DNA from: Moniliella sp. 'wahieum'
Taxonomy: Eukaryota
Assembly: GCA_003971905.1 (NCBI GenBank)
Contig: RSEE01000010.1
Location: 496,001-560,000 of the forward strand
Direction: 5' to 3'
DNA length: 64,000 nucleotides
Shown here one piece after another: positions 13,099 to 25,725 of this stretch. Position 1 is the first letter of the stretch; the number at the start of each line of letters is the position of its first letter. A model generated the notes under the pieces. The model was not told where the DNA came from. It made no database searches and worked only from the letters and a program-made list of their open reading frames with translations. Made by a program: the position numbers and the translations under genes.

Positions 13099-16000
13099 CA
13101 TGTCACCCCCGCCCCCACGGCCCGCAGCATCCATCTGAACCTCCACCTCCCCTCCACCTCCACCTCCACTCCACCTCCACCTCCACCTCCACCTCCACCT
13201 CCACCTCCACCTCTGCCCGAGGTTGGGCTGAAGACACATGTCGCCCTCCGCGCCATCGCCAGTACCCGCCGCTCTCGAACGCAGCGCCCCCGCCGTGCGG
13301 ACCGGTGCTCCGCCCTCGGCTCCTCCACAGGGCCCGCCGCGCGCCGGTCCTCCTCCCTCGGCGCCTCCGCAGGGCCCGCCACGCGCCGGTGCCCCGTCGC
13401 ACCCCCCGCTGGCCGTCCCGCCACGGTGCCCCATCCGCTGTCCCCTCTCTGTCGCTGCCACCACCACGGCCACTCCGCCTCCACGCAGTGCTCCCGCCCT
13501 GCGTGCTGCTGCTCCCATATCGGTTCCCACACCGCTTCGCTCAAGGTGTCCGACTCCGCTCCGGCCCCGCCGTCGACCACCGCCTCGCGCAAGGCAGCCG
13601 CTCCAAAGTCTAAGGTAGCCACTCGAAAGCCCAGAACACGCTATGAGCCTCTTCCTCACCGCCGGGCTGGGAGGAATTTGCTACGCCACCTGTTGCGCCT
13701 AGGTATTCTTATACTCTGTATTATCCCTCTGGTCTTGTCCCAGCACGCCCTTTTCATTCACGTACAACGCTGCCGACTCGCGTGGCCTCTGCCGCACTCT
13801 GGCTTCCACTGGTGAGTTACTTGGCCCACATTTAGGTCCCTATGCCCAAGCGCTCGATGATCGGGCAGCCCCGTATGTGGCGGCAGTGGCGCCTATTGCC
13901 CAGGCTGGGTTCCGTGCCACCGCCCCGGTGGTCAAGGGATCCATCATGCGGGTCATCAGCTGTACCACAACCACGTGGCACCCGTTCAAGCTCGCTGTAC
14001 GACTGCCGCCTCATCTTGGGCCGCACCCCATCTCGCCAATGTGCATGCTGTGATCGATCCACACCTTCAAACCCTCAAGACCCAGTTGGGACACTACAAC
14101 GACATCTATTGGCGTGACGTGCATCAGTATGTGGCTGCAGCGCATTCTCATGTTGATGCGGGTGCCCGTGCTGGGTGGAAGGTGTATTTGAAACCATGCA
14201 CACCCGCGGCTGGTGCGGGTGTCTCAAGCCACTACTCGTTCTTGGCCGACCGTCTGTTCCCTTTGATGCTCGCGCTTACGCCACGCACATCCTGCCCATC
14301 TTCGCTCGCTTGGGACTAAAGTGTGGGAAGGCAAGCTGGCGCTACGCACCCGTTGAAGCCATCGCTTCGACCCACGTCCGCTCTCTTGGTCTCACTATTT
14401 CTGGTTGGTACACCCACGTGTCGGACAAGGCCGCGCGTGGACCCAGCCTCGAAGCCAAGAACCCGACCCTGCGTTCCTGGAATCATTGACTGCTGAAATC
14501 CGTGCGCAGATCCTAGGGGAACAAGCAGAGGAGGAGGCTCGCAGGGATCAGCTTCGCAAGGAGGAGGAAGCCACCCGTTTGACCGTCTCAACCTATGGGA
14601 AGTAGGCCTGACAGAGCACATTCGCAAGTCGTACAAGACTTGGACGGACCGAATCGTGAACCTCCGGGACAGCACCATCTGCTGACTTGCCTGTTCGCTT
14701 TGCTACCCTTACCGACGAGTTTGTGGACAGCGAAGCTGGTGGCCATTGCCCGCTTGGAGCGGCGGTTTGAGGCCTTGTCGTCGGCCAAGGACCCGCGTCC
14801 GGTCGAGGAGAGAGTGGAAATTGCCAAGCGTGGACTAAGCGTGAGCAGAACAAGCTCTTGGCTGAGGGTGCACAGCTGCGCAAGGAACTGCAGGCCGTGC
14901 TCACTGAGCTGGATGAAGCTGAGAAGGCATCGACGATCAAATCGGCCGACGACGTTGCGCAATTTGCCGACACTGCCATCTCATTCCAGCAACGACTCAT
15001 GTCGCAGGCGCAATACAGCGAGACAGTCTCCCGGTTTGGTCGGTGGGATCTGAGCATGCAAATGCGCGCCAAGCTCTATCGCTCCGAAATTGAGGACGTC
15101 CTCTACCGTGGTAAGCCTGTCAAGGCCGACCTGGACGTGGTGGACCCAACAAGGCCGCTCCAGATGTGGCGATGCACGTAGCCGACCTGCAGCAAACGAA
15201 CTGCCCTCCTTTACTCCGCTGCAGCTGACGCCATTCGTCGTCGATACGGTGTCGAGGGCATTGAGGAGCTGCGTCGCAGCCCGAAAGAGGTAATTTCTGC
15301 CGAAGAGGGGGGAAAGCGGCACCAGCTTGCCCTCGACGCCCTTAAGCGGGTCGCCGAGGCGGCCAAGGACATTCAGACCCAAATTCCTCGTGCTCTTCTC
15401 GATGCGGCGTTTAAAGCCCGTGAGAGTCTTGGATGGGAGGGAATTGTCCCCGAAAACCCAGATGAGGATCTCTGGGTTGGCCCCCCTCCCGAGATTGACA
15501 CTACTACTCGCATCGACGCGGCGGCAGAGGTGGAAAACAAGGTGAGAGAGCATGAAGCAGAGCAGATTGATCTTTCTCCCCTTGAGGAGGTGTCGGCGGC
15601 CACGGAGGAGCTCACTACGACTATTCCCATTGAAGACCACTCGGAGGAAGAGATCGTCTTCCATGGTGCTACCACTAGCGTACCCCAGCCTGTGGCCACA
15701 CCTACGTCAACGGACGTGCCGTCCTCGGTGGAACCACAACTCCAGGTGGGCACGACTGGTGTAGTCCAACCTGTTGGAACGGAAGACGCTGCGTTGAGTG
15801 CATCGTTTGCTCAGAGGCTGCTACTGCGTCCGCGGCCTCCGCCTCCGCCTCCGCGACCGCGGCTGCGACCGAGAAGACCACTCTGGATGCCTCCGTAACT
15901 ACTTCTGCGCCGGAAGTAATCGACACGGTAGAATCGGAGGAGGCACCTGTTGCGGAGGAGGCACCTGTTGCGGAGGAGGCACCTGTTGCGGAGGAGGCAC

Positions 16001-16263
16001 CTGTTGCGGAGGAGGTACCTGTTGCGGAGGAGGCACCTATTGCAGAGGAGGTACCTGTTGCGGAGCCTACACCAACCGAGTCCACCGGGGCTGCTCCTCC
16101 CGATGCCACTGCTACGAAGGTCGCTTCAGAGGCGCTTGAAGTGGAGGAAATACCCACGGAACCACCACTGAAGGTTTCCGCATCATCTTCCCTTCCGGTG
16201 ACGGCTTCGGCGCGCTCTGAGTCGGTCGATGAACCCACGTCAGTTGAGCACGAAGACCTATAA
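13099..16263 (+). CDS. Large hypothetical single-pass membrane protein: Pro-rich N-terminus, TM segment, helical/coiled-coil region, acidic repeats, C-terminal HEDL (frameshifted; start uncertain)
   Basis: Consecutive + strand coding fragments: poly-Pro, basic residues then hydrophobic [13 protein letters not shown], coiled-coil-like [25 protein letters not shown] repeats, ending VEHEDL* at 16263. Confidence 0.6.
13141..13213 (+). repeat. (CCTCCA)n microsatellite, probably encoding poly-Pro
   Basis: Direct hexamer repeats. Confidence 0.9.
15937..16062 (+). repeat. 18-bp coding tandem repeat x7 (EEAPVA)
   Basis: GAGGAGGCACCTGTTGCG units, in frame with the HEDL-ending ORF. Confidence 0.92.
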
Positions 16264-16696
16264 CCTTTTTGGCCTCAACCTCGCATGTACGGTGGAGGAG
16301 GCACGTGGCCCTCTCGCCTTGATATGGGGTGTGGATATCTGGCGTGATCGTTTCTCTGGCCATTGTAGGCTCGTTAAAGAATTTTCCTATAGCGGACTTC
16401 CATCAAGCTTGGGTCTTGACGGCCTGAGGTCTGAGAGAAGATAACTCTACTGTTGGTAGCTTCTATGTATGTGGAACCCGCCTTGGAAAACGTTTTCTTG
16501 TCAGAGGGGAACGCAGAAGTGCCTCTGTAACATGTAATAACGCGAACTGGGAACTTCCAAAATTGTACCTTCCCCATCCGATGATGTCGATGATGATCGA
16601 TGATTAATGGATTAATGATTACAAAAGCAACCCATTTCGGCTTCGGCCATAGTCGGGGATGAAACGGTCTAGCTTGCCACCACCACCGCCGTCGAG

Positions 16697-17184
16697 ATGT
16701 CTCTGCGCCTTTCTGTACCGCTCGCTAGGGCTGCGCGGAGCGCATTTCTCCCCCGTTTGGCGCTGTCTCCACGCAGCAGGGTGTACCCCATGCCTATGGG
16801 CAGAGGGCGTTCAGCGTCTCCTCCACCTGCCGCGCCGAGCCCATCGGAGTGGACGTTGAAGCTTCCCCTGCGGCTCCGGTCGAGCAGGAACAGACTGAAG
16901 GCGAAAAGCAAATCCTCTCCGTCTTGGAGGCCAAGTTTTCGCCTTCGATGCTGAGTGTTACCGATGTGTCGGGAGGCTGTGGGGCGTTCTACACGATTAT
17001 GATTGCCTCCAAGCAATTTAATGGCCTGTCCACTCTCAAGCAACATCGCCTGGTCCAGACGGAACTCAAAAACATCATCAAAGACATCCATGGGCTTCAG
17101 GTGTGTCCTCTTCTTTCAGTGAAGCCAGGGCGCTGACCTTTCTCTTGCCAGTTGCACACAATTCCAGAGCCCGAGGAGGCATAA
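16697..17184 (+). CDS. BOL3: Mitochondrial BolA-family protein (BolA3/Aim1-like); intron 17101-17151
   Basis: Arg-rich presequence, DVSGGCGAFY, FNGLSTLKQHRLV, and IHGLQ|LHT after splicing. Confidence 0.88.
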
Positions 17185-19724
17185 ATATGTGCACGTTGTG
17201 CTAATCAATCTCCAGCTAAAGTCCGTCTGATGGTCGAATGAGAGGAGACGAACGGGTTAAGGGGGGTTCGCTTTGTGTGCAAGAAGACAACATTAGCGGA
17301 AGTAAAAAAGCAAGTCATATCGGGAGGCGAGGTCAGAAGCCAGGCGGGGGCTGTTGCTGGGATTAAGGGGGGAGGAATCTCGTCCTGGTTGGCCAAGGCG
17401 ATTCCTGTCCAGAGGATGCATTGACAGCCGCCATTATGCTCCGTGTAGACTTCCCTGCTTCAGGCTTGGGCTGATGCTGCACATCATCTACCTCATTATC
17501 GAGTAGTCGGAGCATGCGGTCTTTAGGAGGGAGTTTCCCACCCAAGACCCAAAGCGAGAACATGAAAGCGAAACGCACTAGCTCTTAATGTTGCCTCACT
17601 GGCCTCACCAAGGTCCGGGGCAATACGTTCAGAAGGATGCCAGTGTGAGGGTTCTGCGCCCGGAGAAGCGGAGTCTCTTCCACCGCAGGCACCCTAAACT
17701 TGAGGTCACGCCGTTTTCAGAGCCCTGCGTGCATATGATTGGTTCAGCGTCTCGGGTATACTCTTAAGGAACGAGGCCTCTCTTATTCATAGTAGTGTAA
17801 AAGAACAATGCAGCTTGCGAGAAACCGTTGCAGAAGAGATTGTGGTTAGGCAGCGCCAGTGCTTTTCGAAACAGCATCTGCATTTGATGGAGATGGTGCA
17901 AAGATCTGGCACGCAGTCAGTCGGGGCTATATGGCAATAGAACTGTCATATCTCAATGCTGCCAGATGCACTGAGACGTGGGGGGGAGGGGGGCAGACTA
18001 GGAGCTTTGCCAGATTATATATCTCTTTCTTTCCCAGGAACTCGTGCCGCGTGCTCTTGAGCGTCACGTTACAGGCACCACAAGAGTGATATGTGGGTGG
18101 CGAGGCCCAGTAAGGCAACAGGAGGATGGACCGAATGTGACTATAGCTTAGCCTCCAACTAGCCATTCAATCATCTCTCCTCACCTTGCTAAATGCCATC
18201 TGTGGGCTGAGGCGCTGTTGAGGCCTGACTGGGGCTCGCATCAGACATCCATTTCGGCCCCTCATACTATCGTATGCGGCTGTCCAACTTTTTCTCTTTT
18301 TTCCTTCATTTGCTCCATTAAGGTCATTGTCTCTGGCTTCCCCCCCAACGAAACGTGTTTCCTGTCAGGCCCTGCGAGCCACGGTGCTTGTATCCGAACT
18401 AATCCATCACACTTCCCCAACCATCATGATAAATTAAACCACTACATCTAGAGGAGTGCGGTGGTACTAGTTCGTACGATGAACAGTGGTGGACCGAGTG
18501 GGCCAGGGACACCGAATGTGTTGTAAAGGGGGGGAGACAGACACCTTTTGCCTAGTAGGCTGCGGTGCCGCGTGGGACAGAAGGATACAGGGTGTGTGTG
18601 TGCACGCAGCGCGCGCCCCTCTGCTCCTCTCTTCAGGCCTTCAGGCCTCAAGAGCCCTGACCTCAGGCTTCAGGGCCTCAGGCCTCAGGCCTCAGCCTCA
18701 TCTGATCTGCGATCGTGTCATGTCTCGGTACCACCGCTCCGTTTTCTTTGCTCCACTCGAAACAGCATTTCGCTCATCATGCGTCAACGCCCAATCCGCT
18801 TTTTCATTGCCACCAACATAGCACCACAGATGACGGAGGTCGCGGGCCAACGTTCGACTCTCTCCACTGGGTTAGTGAGTACTGAATACAAAAGTACTTC
18901 CGAGAGTGCCTTGTTCTACGATGCAGTAAGTGTGGACCGAGTCCGAGTAGCCGAGAGTGAAATGGACCGAATGGACGAAAAAGGACTAGGCGGAGGACAC
19001 CTTTCCAGCCCAGACGCCGTGGGCTCCACAAGGCCCAATAGAGCCAGCCTGACATTGGTACCTTTCTCGGGTTGGGCCAGTGTTGTGCCTGGATCAATGC
19101 ACCATCGACGCCCTTGCTGGAGCAAGAATATGGTGGCACTACTCACGCCTTACTCTCATCCTGTGGCCGACGTCTCGGGTGGTGATCATGTGGTGGGGTT
19201 TGGAACGCCCGCAGGGACGGTGCAACGGCGAGCAGCGCTGCTGAGGCTCAGCTGCGAGCTGGCGCTGATGGATGAAGAAAAGCCACCGCGGAAGGCAGGG
19301 CAGGTGGGATTGTGACACGTGAGATCTGAGAATGGGCGAGCGTGCCTCCCCAGTCTCTCCCGTGTTCTCCCCACCGCGCCGAGTGGACGGGGCCCCAGCA
19401 GGAGGCCAGTGCCAGCCAGTGCCAGCCAGTGCGTGCCCGTGCCTGTCTCGGCCTTTGCAGCCTGCGCCTCTCGCGGGGCACCGTGGGGCGGCGAGCGGGG
19501 TGTCTGAGAACTGGCGCACCCGCCGCATGTTGCACCGGCCCTCCAGCACACTGCCCCCATGTGCCAGTCACCCTGGCCGATGCGCACGGATCAGAGTGCG
19601 CACGCCGCTATATTTGGGCGTGCCCAAGCCACCGGCCACTCATCTTCCGCATCACCATTACCGCCACTACCACCACCACCATTCCCATTACCACTTCTAC
19701 CTCCACACCTCCCACCCCCCTGCC

Positions 19725-21423
19725 ATGTCCTCCCACCCCCCCGAAGACGTTATCCCCGTGCACGACTCCCTCGGTGAGATCTACTCTGCGGAGCGCCTGC
19801 CCCGCGAGCAGGCTCGCTGGCACGCCCTCCACAATGCCTTCCAAGCCCAGTTTGGAACCCGCCTCGACTTTGTCGCCCGTGCCCCTGGCCGCGTCAATAT
19901 GATCGGCGAGCACGTCGACCACCAGGGCTTCTCCGTCTTGCCGGCCTCGATTGAGATGGATATTCTCATGGCCACCCACGTCGAGTGGAGCAAGAATGTC
20001 ACCCCGCCCAACCAGACGACTGAGTTTGTACTCCACAATGTCACCCCGCGTTTGAGGGTACCTCCTTTACCACTACGTGGAAAGAAGGCCTGCCGGACGT
20101 GCAGCTCCACAACTCTGGTCCCGACCGTTGGGCCAACTACTTTAAAGTCGCCCTCCACGGCCTTCTGCCTCACCTCCCCGCCGCGACGACCGCAGCAACG
20201 ACACCCAAGCCTGTGCGGGTCAGCATATTGGTCGATGGCACGGTCCCCCCCGAGTCGAGCTTGTCCAGTTCGGCAGCCATGACCACAGTAAGCAGCATCT
20301 TGATTCTTGAGGCGCTGGGCGTGCGCCAGTTTATCGATCGCAAAGAGATGGCCAATGTGGCCATCGAGTCGGAACGTCTGGTGGGCGTAAGCTCGGGTGG
20401 CATGGACCAGTCGGCCTCCATTTTTGGCCGGCCCGGGTACTTGCTGCACATTGGATTTGTACCCCACCTCTGGATCCACCCGATTCTTGCCCCGCATGGT
20501 CCGCCCAAGACGGAGACGTACAAGTGGCTGATCGCCAACACACTTGTCGTTTCCGACAAGAAGGTGTCGGGCCCAATCCACTACAATCTTCGTACCGCTG
20601 AACTTCGCATGTCAACGCGGGCGCTGGGCAAAGCGCTAGGCATTGCACCCACCCCTACTAACTATACTCTCAACGGTATGTTGGGCGACTACTTCAAGCT
20701 CCATCCAGTTGATAAGCTATGGTACGTTACTTCGGACGAGCGGGCCGAGTGGCTCAAGGAAGCCGGTGAGGAAGGTGTGCGCATCAAGTTTTTCGAATCG
20801 CTCGCGCTCTCCCACTTGCCTAAGGAGCCTGTGACTCGCGCGGAGGCCGAGACTTTGACCGGGTATGAAGGTGAGGCGTTCACCAAAGAGTTCCTCACTA
20901 CCTTCCTGTCAAGGCAGAAAAGTTTGACCTTTTCAAGCGCACCAAGCACGTATTTGACGAGGCGTATCGCACTCCGCTTTGTTACACTCCTCCAAGTGGC
21001 AGCGTCGCGGGCTGAGAACGATGAGATCCCCGAGGCTGATGCCGCGGTGCTTTACAAGCAACTGGGTGAGCTAATCAACCAATCCCACTACTCGATGCGT
21101 GACTACTATGAGGCTTCCTGCCCTGAACTTGAGGAGGACACAACGATTGCGCGCAAAGCAGGTGCCCTTGGTGCCCGTTTGACAGGTACGTCCTTTCTCC
21201 TCTGCCATGAAGAAGAGACAATGTGACTGATTTATGGAATAGGTGCGGGGGGGAGGATCAACCGTCATCCTGGTACCTGGGAGCAAGGTGCTGCTGTAAC
21301 CAAGGCATGACCGCGCAGTACTTTGCTGTCCGCCACCCGGAGCTGGATCAAAACGGTTTGAACGATGCTTTGCTTCTCACGGAACCGGCGGGCGGAGCAT
21401 GCGTGTACAAGCAGACGATCTAA
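19725..21423 (+). CDS. GAL1: Galactokinase (GHMP kinase); frameshifted, intron near 21186-21242
   Basis: ARAPGRVNMIGEHVDHQGFSVLP, VPPESSLSSSAA, GVSSGGMDQSAS, YNLR, SHYSMRDYYEASCPEL and GALGARLTG. Confidence 0.92.
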
Positions 21424-21656
21424 CATGATCTGATCTCTGATTGCTCCCGGACATGGGTTTTGCTTAGTTGCTGTCGCCCCACCCGCACTCGAGGCTATGT
21501 CCTATTGGAGCGGCAGTCAGTTGTGCTGCATCCTCGCCAAGTGCACTTGAATGAACGAACAGCTGGGCGTTCAGAGTGAATCTAAACGCTGAAGATATTA
21601 CTGATGCCAATATTATGATGCAAAAGATGCGCATGATTAGTGATGAGTGATGGTCG

Positions 21657-23501
21657 ATGGACGTAGATGCGGATGGCGGCGCTGCGAGTCCGGAATACGT
21701 CGGAGTTGAAACGACGTGAGTCTATTTCTTGGCCATCTGCCACCATCTCCCGTAGGCACGATGCAAGAGGGACAGCGGTTGCTTGCCAGAGTCGAAGCTG
21801 GCATTGAGGAGGAGGGCGAAGTGCATCCTCCCATCCCCGCCTCAAGTCCAGAGAGTGAGCCAACGCTCCCGCCCATGCGGAAACTGGCACCCATTCTGGT
21901 GGCACTATGGGTGCCGGCCCTGGCGAGCGGGGTGGAGGGCACAGTGGTCACAACGCTTTTGGAGAGTGTGGGGAGTACCTTCCGCTCGGCAGAGAATGCG
22001 TCATGGCTCGGAACTGCCTTTCTTCTGACGCTGTGCTGCGGCACACCCCTCTCGTCTCGAGTATGCGAGAGCCTGGGGCGTAGGTCCACGCTCCTTTTCT
22101 CCGAGGGACTGTTTACCTTTGCTACATTTCTGTGTGGGATCTCCCCCAGTATGGGAGCCTTGATTGCGGCCCGTGCTCTCGCTGGGTTGGGTGCCGCAGG
22201 ATTGGTGACAACGGTGAGCATTGTCATGTCCGATTTGGTACCGATGCGGCAACGAGCCTGGTACCAAGGGTTGACCAACCTTTGGTTCTCGGCCGGGCTG
22301 GGGCTGGGGGGGCCCTTAGGTGGATGGGCCGCTGACACGGTCGGATGGCAAGCTGGTTTTCTTTTGCAAGTTCCCTTGCTGTTGTTGGCCGTAGGCCTGA
22401 CCTGGGTCTATGTACCCGAGGGCTCAGCTACTCGGACCAAATGGGAGTGGAGCCGGGTCGACTTGATGGGTACGGTGCTCTTGTTCTGTGGGATCGCCAT
22501 TCCCCTCACGTCCCTTAGCATTATGGGTACGCAGGATATGGGGGTTTCGAATGTACGCGCCTGGGGTGGTCTCCTTCTGGGTGGGGTGTGCATCTTGGCT
22601 TTCTACCTGAATGAGAAACGACCTTCGTTTCCCATTCTTCCCCTCTCTTTACTCCATCGCCCATCGAGCCTCAACGGAATGGCGCATGCCATCTCTAGTT
22701 TGTCCCTGTGTACTGCCGTCTTTGCGTTCTTGTATTCGGTGCCGGATTTGTACCAAGCTGTACTGGGCCAGTGCATCGCGTGCGGGCATGCTGATGCTTC
22801 CCTACTCGATCTGCATCTCTCTCGGTTCCATCATCGCCGGTGCTCACATCAGAACCCACGGCACGTTTAGGCGCTTCACTCTGTACTCAAGCTATGGCAT
22901 GCTGGCTTCCTCTGCCCTTTTCCTCGGCACCACTGTCTATCTTTCCTCTCATCCTCCGGTGCCCGGAACGGAATATGTGCTCTGTTTGGGCGCGATGCCA
23001 GTGAGTTTTGGATTCGCAGCGACGGTGACAACCAACCTGATTGCCTTGTTGCACGGGGTTCCTCGTACCTCCATTCCCCTTGCCACCGGAATGTCTTACC
23101 TCTTTCGCCAGGCGGGCCAAGTGTTTGGGGTAGCTTGGGCCGGGGCTATGGTTCAATCACTGCTGCGGTTTCTCTTACCGGGCGCACTTTCCTACCCCGA
23201 TCCGCAGGGCAATGTGCTTTCCCCCGACGAACGGACACGATGGGCGCAACGGTTACGACACGAACCAACCCGGCTGCCTTCGCTTCCTTCTCACCTGGTG
23301 GGCCCGGCAAGAGCCGCGTACGCCCGAGCTCAAGTGTCGGTTTACCTGTTGGTTTTCCTTGGTGTGGCTGTAGCTACACTTGCCAACAGCCAACTGGACG
23401 AGACGGGTTTTGCTCAGCCCACAGCGTCTCAAACGCCAGAGGTTGGGAACGAGACGCCGAACCCGCAGTCACGTTATGGTGCAACGGAGCAAGAACCTTG
23501 A
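21657..23501 (+). CDS. MFS transporter, 14-TM DHA2/VBA-like; start uncertain
   Basis: SWLGTAFLL, LIAARALAGLG, IVMSDLVPMRQRAWYQG, GGPLGGWAAD.VGW and ATGMSYLFRQAGQVFGVA, with many TM segments. Confidence 0.88.
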
Positions 23502-23586
23502 GTAGCACACATGATCTTACCGTTGTCGAATGAAGACGAAGACTTCGATCATCTTTGCCTGCAATAGGTGTACCGATGAGGCTCGT

Positions 23587-23769
23587 TGTCACAGTCGCGG
23601 GGCTAAGGCGAGGGAAACCAGAATCGGGACTAGGCCAAGGGGTTGTAGCAATTTGTGGGGAAGAAGCAGGAGCAGAGGACATGACGCGAAGTGGAAGCAA
23701 CAGGGAAGGAGCGAGACGCTCGAGACGAAGAATTTGGCAAATGGGAGCGAGATCAGCCAAACTATGGCA
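23587..23769. mobile_element. Solo LTR of the same family as 5548-5728, with 5-bp TSD CTCGT
   Basis: Aligns end to end with the 5548-5728 copy. CTCGT at 23582-23586 and 23770-23774. TG...CA ends. Confidence 0.85.
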
Positions 23770-23906
23770 CTCGTCTTGTGATACTGGGAATGTGGCACAA
23801 GATAGTGGGATGTGGTGAGGCCTAGAGAGGCTTTGGGTGACCGAACCGGATGGCTTAAGATGGCAGATGGGTGGGCAGAGGGAAAATATTGTTGGGGAAT
23901 AAAAAA

Positions 23907-24013
23907 CGACACCTGTGAGATTCGAACTCACGCCCTCAGAGAGGATTCGCTGGCCCTTGAAGCAAGGTGCTACCTATAGCAGGCGAACGGGGTAACCACT
24001 GCCCTAAAGTGTC
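23907..24013 (-). tRNA. tRNA-Ser(GCT) with ~25-nt intron
   Basis: Acceptor GACACTT/AGGTGTC, anticodon stem TTCGC/GCGAA around CT-GCT-A, long variable arm, GTTCGAATC T-loop, T-run terminator. Confidence 0.92.
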
Positions 24014-25331
24014 GATTGGTTCAATTGCGTTTTGTCCTCAAACTTAACCGTAAAACCACTCACACTATAATGGGCCCGCAGCGTTGCATAGCACCCGGCA
24101 GGCCCAATCATTTTCGGCAATGATGAACCCCTTCCAGTGAATGGGGCAAGCCCAACCTTCTTGGTGAGGAGGGGGGAAAGGAGGTTTCTACTCAGGTAGC
24201 CTTTTTTGAGTGAGGGGAACTTGTCTATTGCCAGAAGCACCATGATTGCATGCGGACAAAAGATGGTGGACAGAGCCGCGGTTCTTCGATAATCTCAGTG
24301 GTTCATCGTTGCTGCCAACACCTCGGCACGAAACATCTCTTCGGACATGTTAAGGCAGACTTGCATCTCGCCCTTGCTGCAGCCTTCTTGTCTTCTCATT
24401 CTCTTCGTTCAGCCAGGGCACTGGATGAGCTGGCTGTCATGGGGTGGGGAAAAGGACCGAGGGCAAGAGGCTATACGCAACCCCGATGCGGCCGCCTCCT
24501 TGAAAGAAGCCCTGATTGCTTTGTGGCGCAGGCCGCATCGACCGGGCAGGGTCTGGCAGGGCTAGAATTAGTGCAGACGTGCTACCGAACAACCAGCGCT
24601 GTTGCGTTGTTACCACTTCACAGGTCCCAAGAAATGGGCAGAAGGATGCATAGCGTTTTTGATTCCAGTCAACAGAAAAAGGGTACATGCACAGCCCGTT
24701 ACGCGGGTGTTGCGCATTGGCATGAGGCCATCTGCTCCTCGCAACAGGGACTGCAAACACAGACTTGCTAAAAGCACAGATGTTAGTTTTGAGCAGTGCT
24801 GCTGCCTCCGGGAACGACGATGGAGTCCTGGCTGCTGGCTGGGAGGACAGGAGACCACACGCACGCGTGGAGGCCTTAGGATGCGGGAGGGGCGAAGCAA
24901 AGCAACAGCGCAACATTAAACAAGTCCTACAATCGCAGGGGGGCAAGCCCCTGCGATCCATAGCTTCTACTCAGTACTCATGTTCAATCCTTCTCATGAC
25001 GAAAGAGACTACAGGTCACAAGTCCAGTAGCGGTCATAACCCAATGCTTGATTGAGAAAATGGCTTGAGGGGGACAGCAGACGCTAGAGTCCCACTCAGG
25101 ATACATGAATGGAAGAGGGGAGGTGGGAAAAGAACAGAAAGCAGCCCACTGTGTGATATATGGGGGAGAACCAGACTCAATGTCTGGCAGGGAATCGCGG
25201 CAAAGAGGGGGATCATAGAGCCAGGCGGATGCGGGCAGCAGGAGAACGGCAAGCACAAAGCCTAACGGGCCGACAGCGGAAGAGGAAGGGTTGCCATTGC
25301 CACATGGGCTTACCAAGGCATGGCATGGCGT

Positions 25332-25630
25332 TTAGCCGGCGCGAGCGCGGTTCTGGGCCTCAGCCTGCTTCACACGGGCCTCGAGGGTAGAGGTCTTGGC
25401 GAGCTGGGCGGCAGTGGGCTGGCCGTCGTGAAGGGCCGGGTTTGGCCGGTCGGAGTAACGGGTGGCATCGGCGTTGCTGCCCTGGTAGGACGAGGTGGTA
25501 CGGGTCAGGCCTTCCTGAGCGGCAGGCTTGGAGGTCTTTTCGGGCGAGGAGAAGCAAGAACCCTGCGGGAGGCAAGAGCGGGTTAATATGGGACAGAGGG
25601 CGAGCACGCAGCACCGGGGACACGCACCAT
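25332..25630 (-). CDS. 77-aa small protein starting MGSCFSS (predicted N-myristoylation/palmitoylation); exon 1 is the ATG only, intron 25563-25627
   Basis: ATG|GTGCGT...ATTAAC...CCCGCAG|GGT TCT TGC TTC, open to TAA at 25332. C/G-ending codon bias. TATAAA at 25720-25725. Confidence 0.8.
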
Positions 25631-25719
25631 GATGAGGGAATAGGAGCTGGGTGGGGGGGTGAGAGTAGTAGAGGTGGTGGTGGGGAAAAACGCGGGCGGC
25701 GGGGCCAGGGCGCAGAAAC

Positions 25720-25725
25720 TTTATA
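25720..25725 (-). promoter_or_regulatory. TATA box upstream of the small MGSCFS gene
   Basis: TATAAA about 90 bp upstream of the ATG, followed by a pyrimidine-rich leader. Confidence 0.55.

Noticed and set aside
17205..19315. ORF fragments on both strands between BOL3 and GAL1
   Set aside because: Some look protein-like, but I recognise no family or coherent exon structure.
19725..23501. GAL gene cluster
   Set aside because: No GAL7 or GAL10 nearby, and the adjacent MFS is DHA2/VBA-type rather than a sugar porter.
24004..25316. Several 80-170 aa ORFs
   Set aside because: Overlapping on both strands with no motifs; likely spurious.
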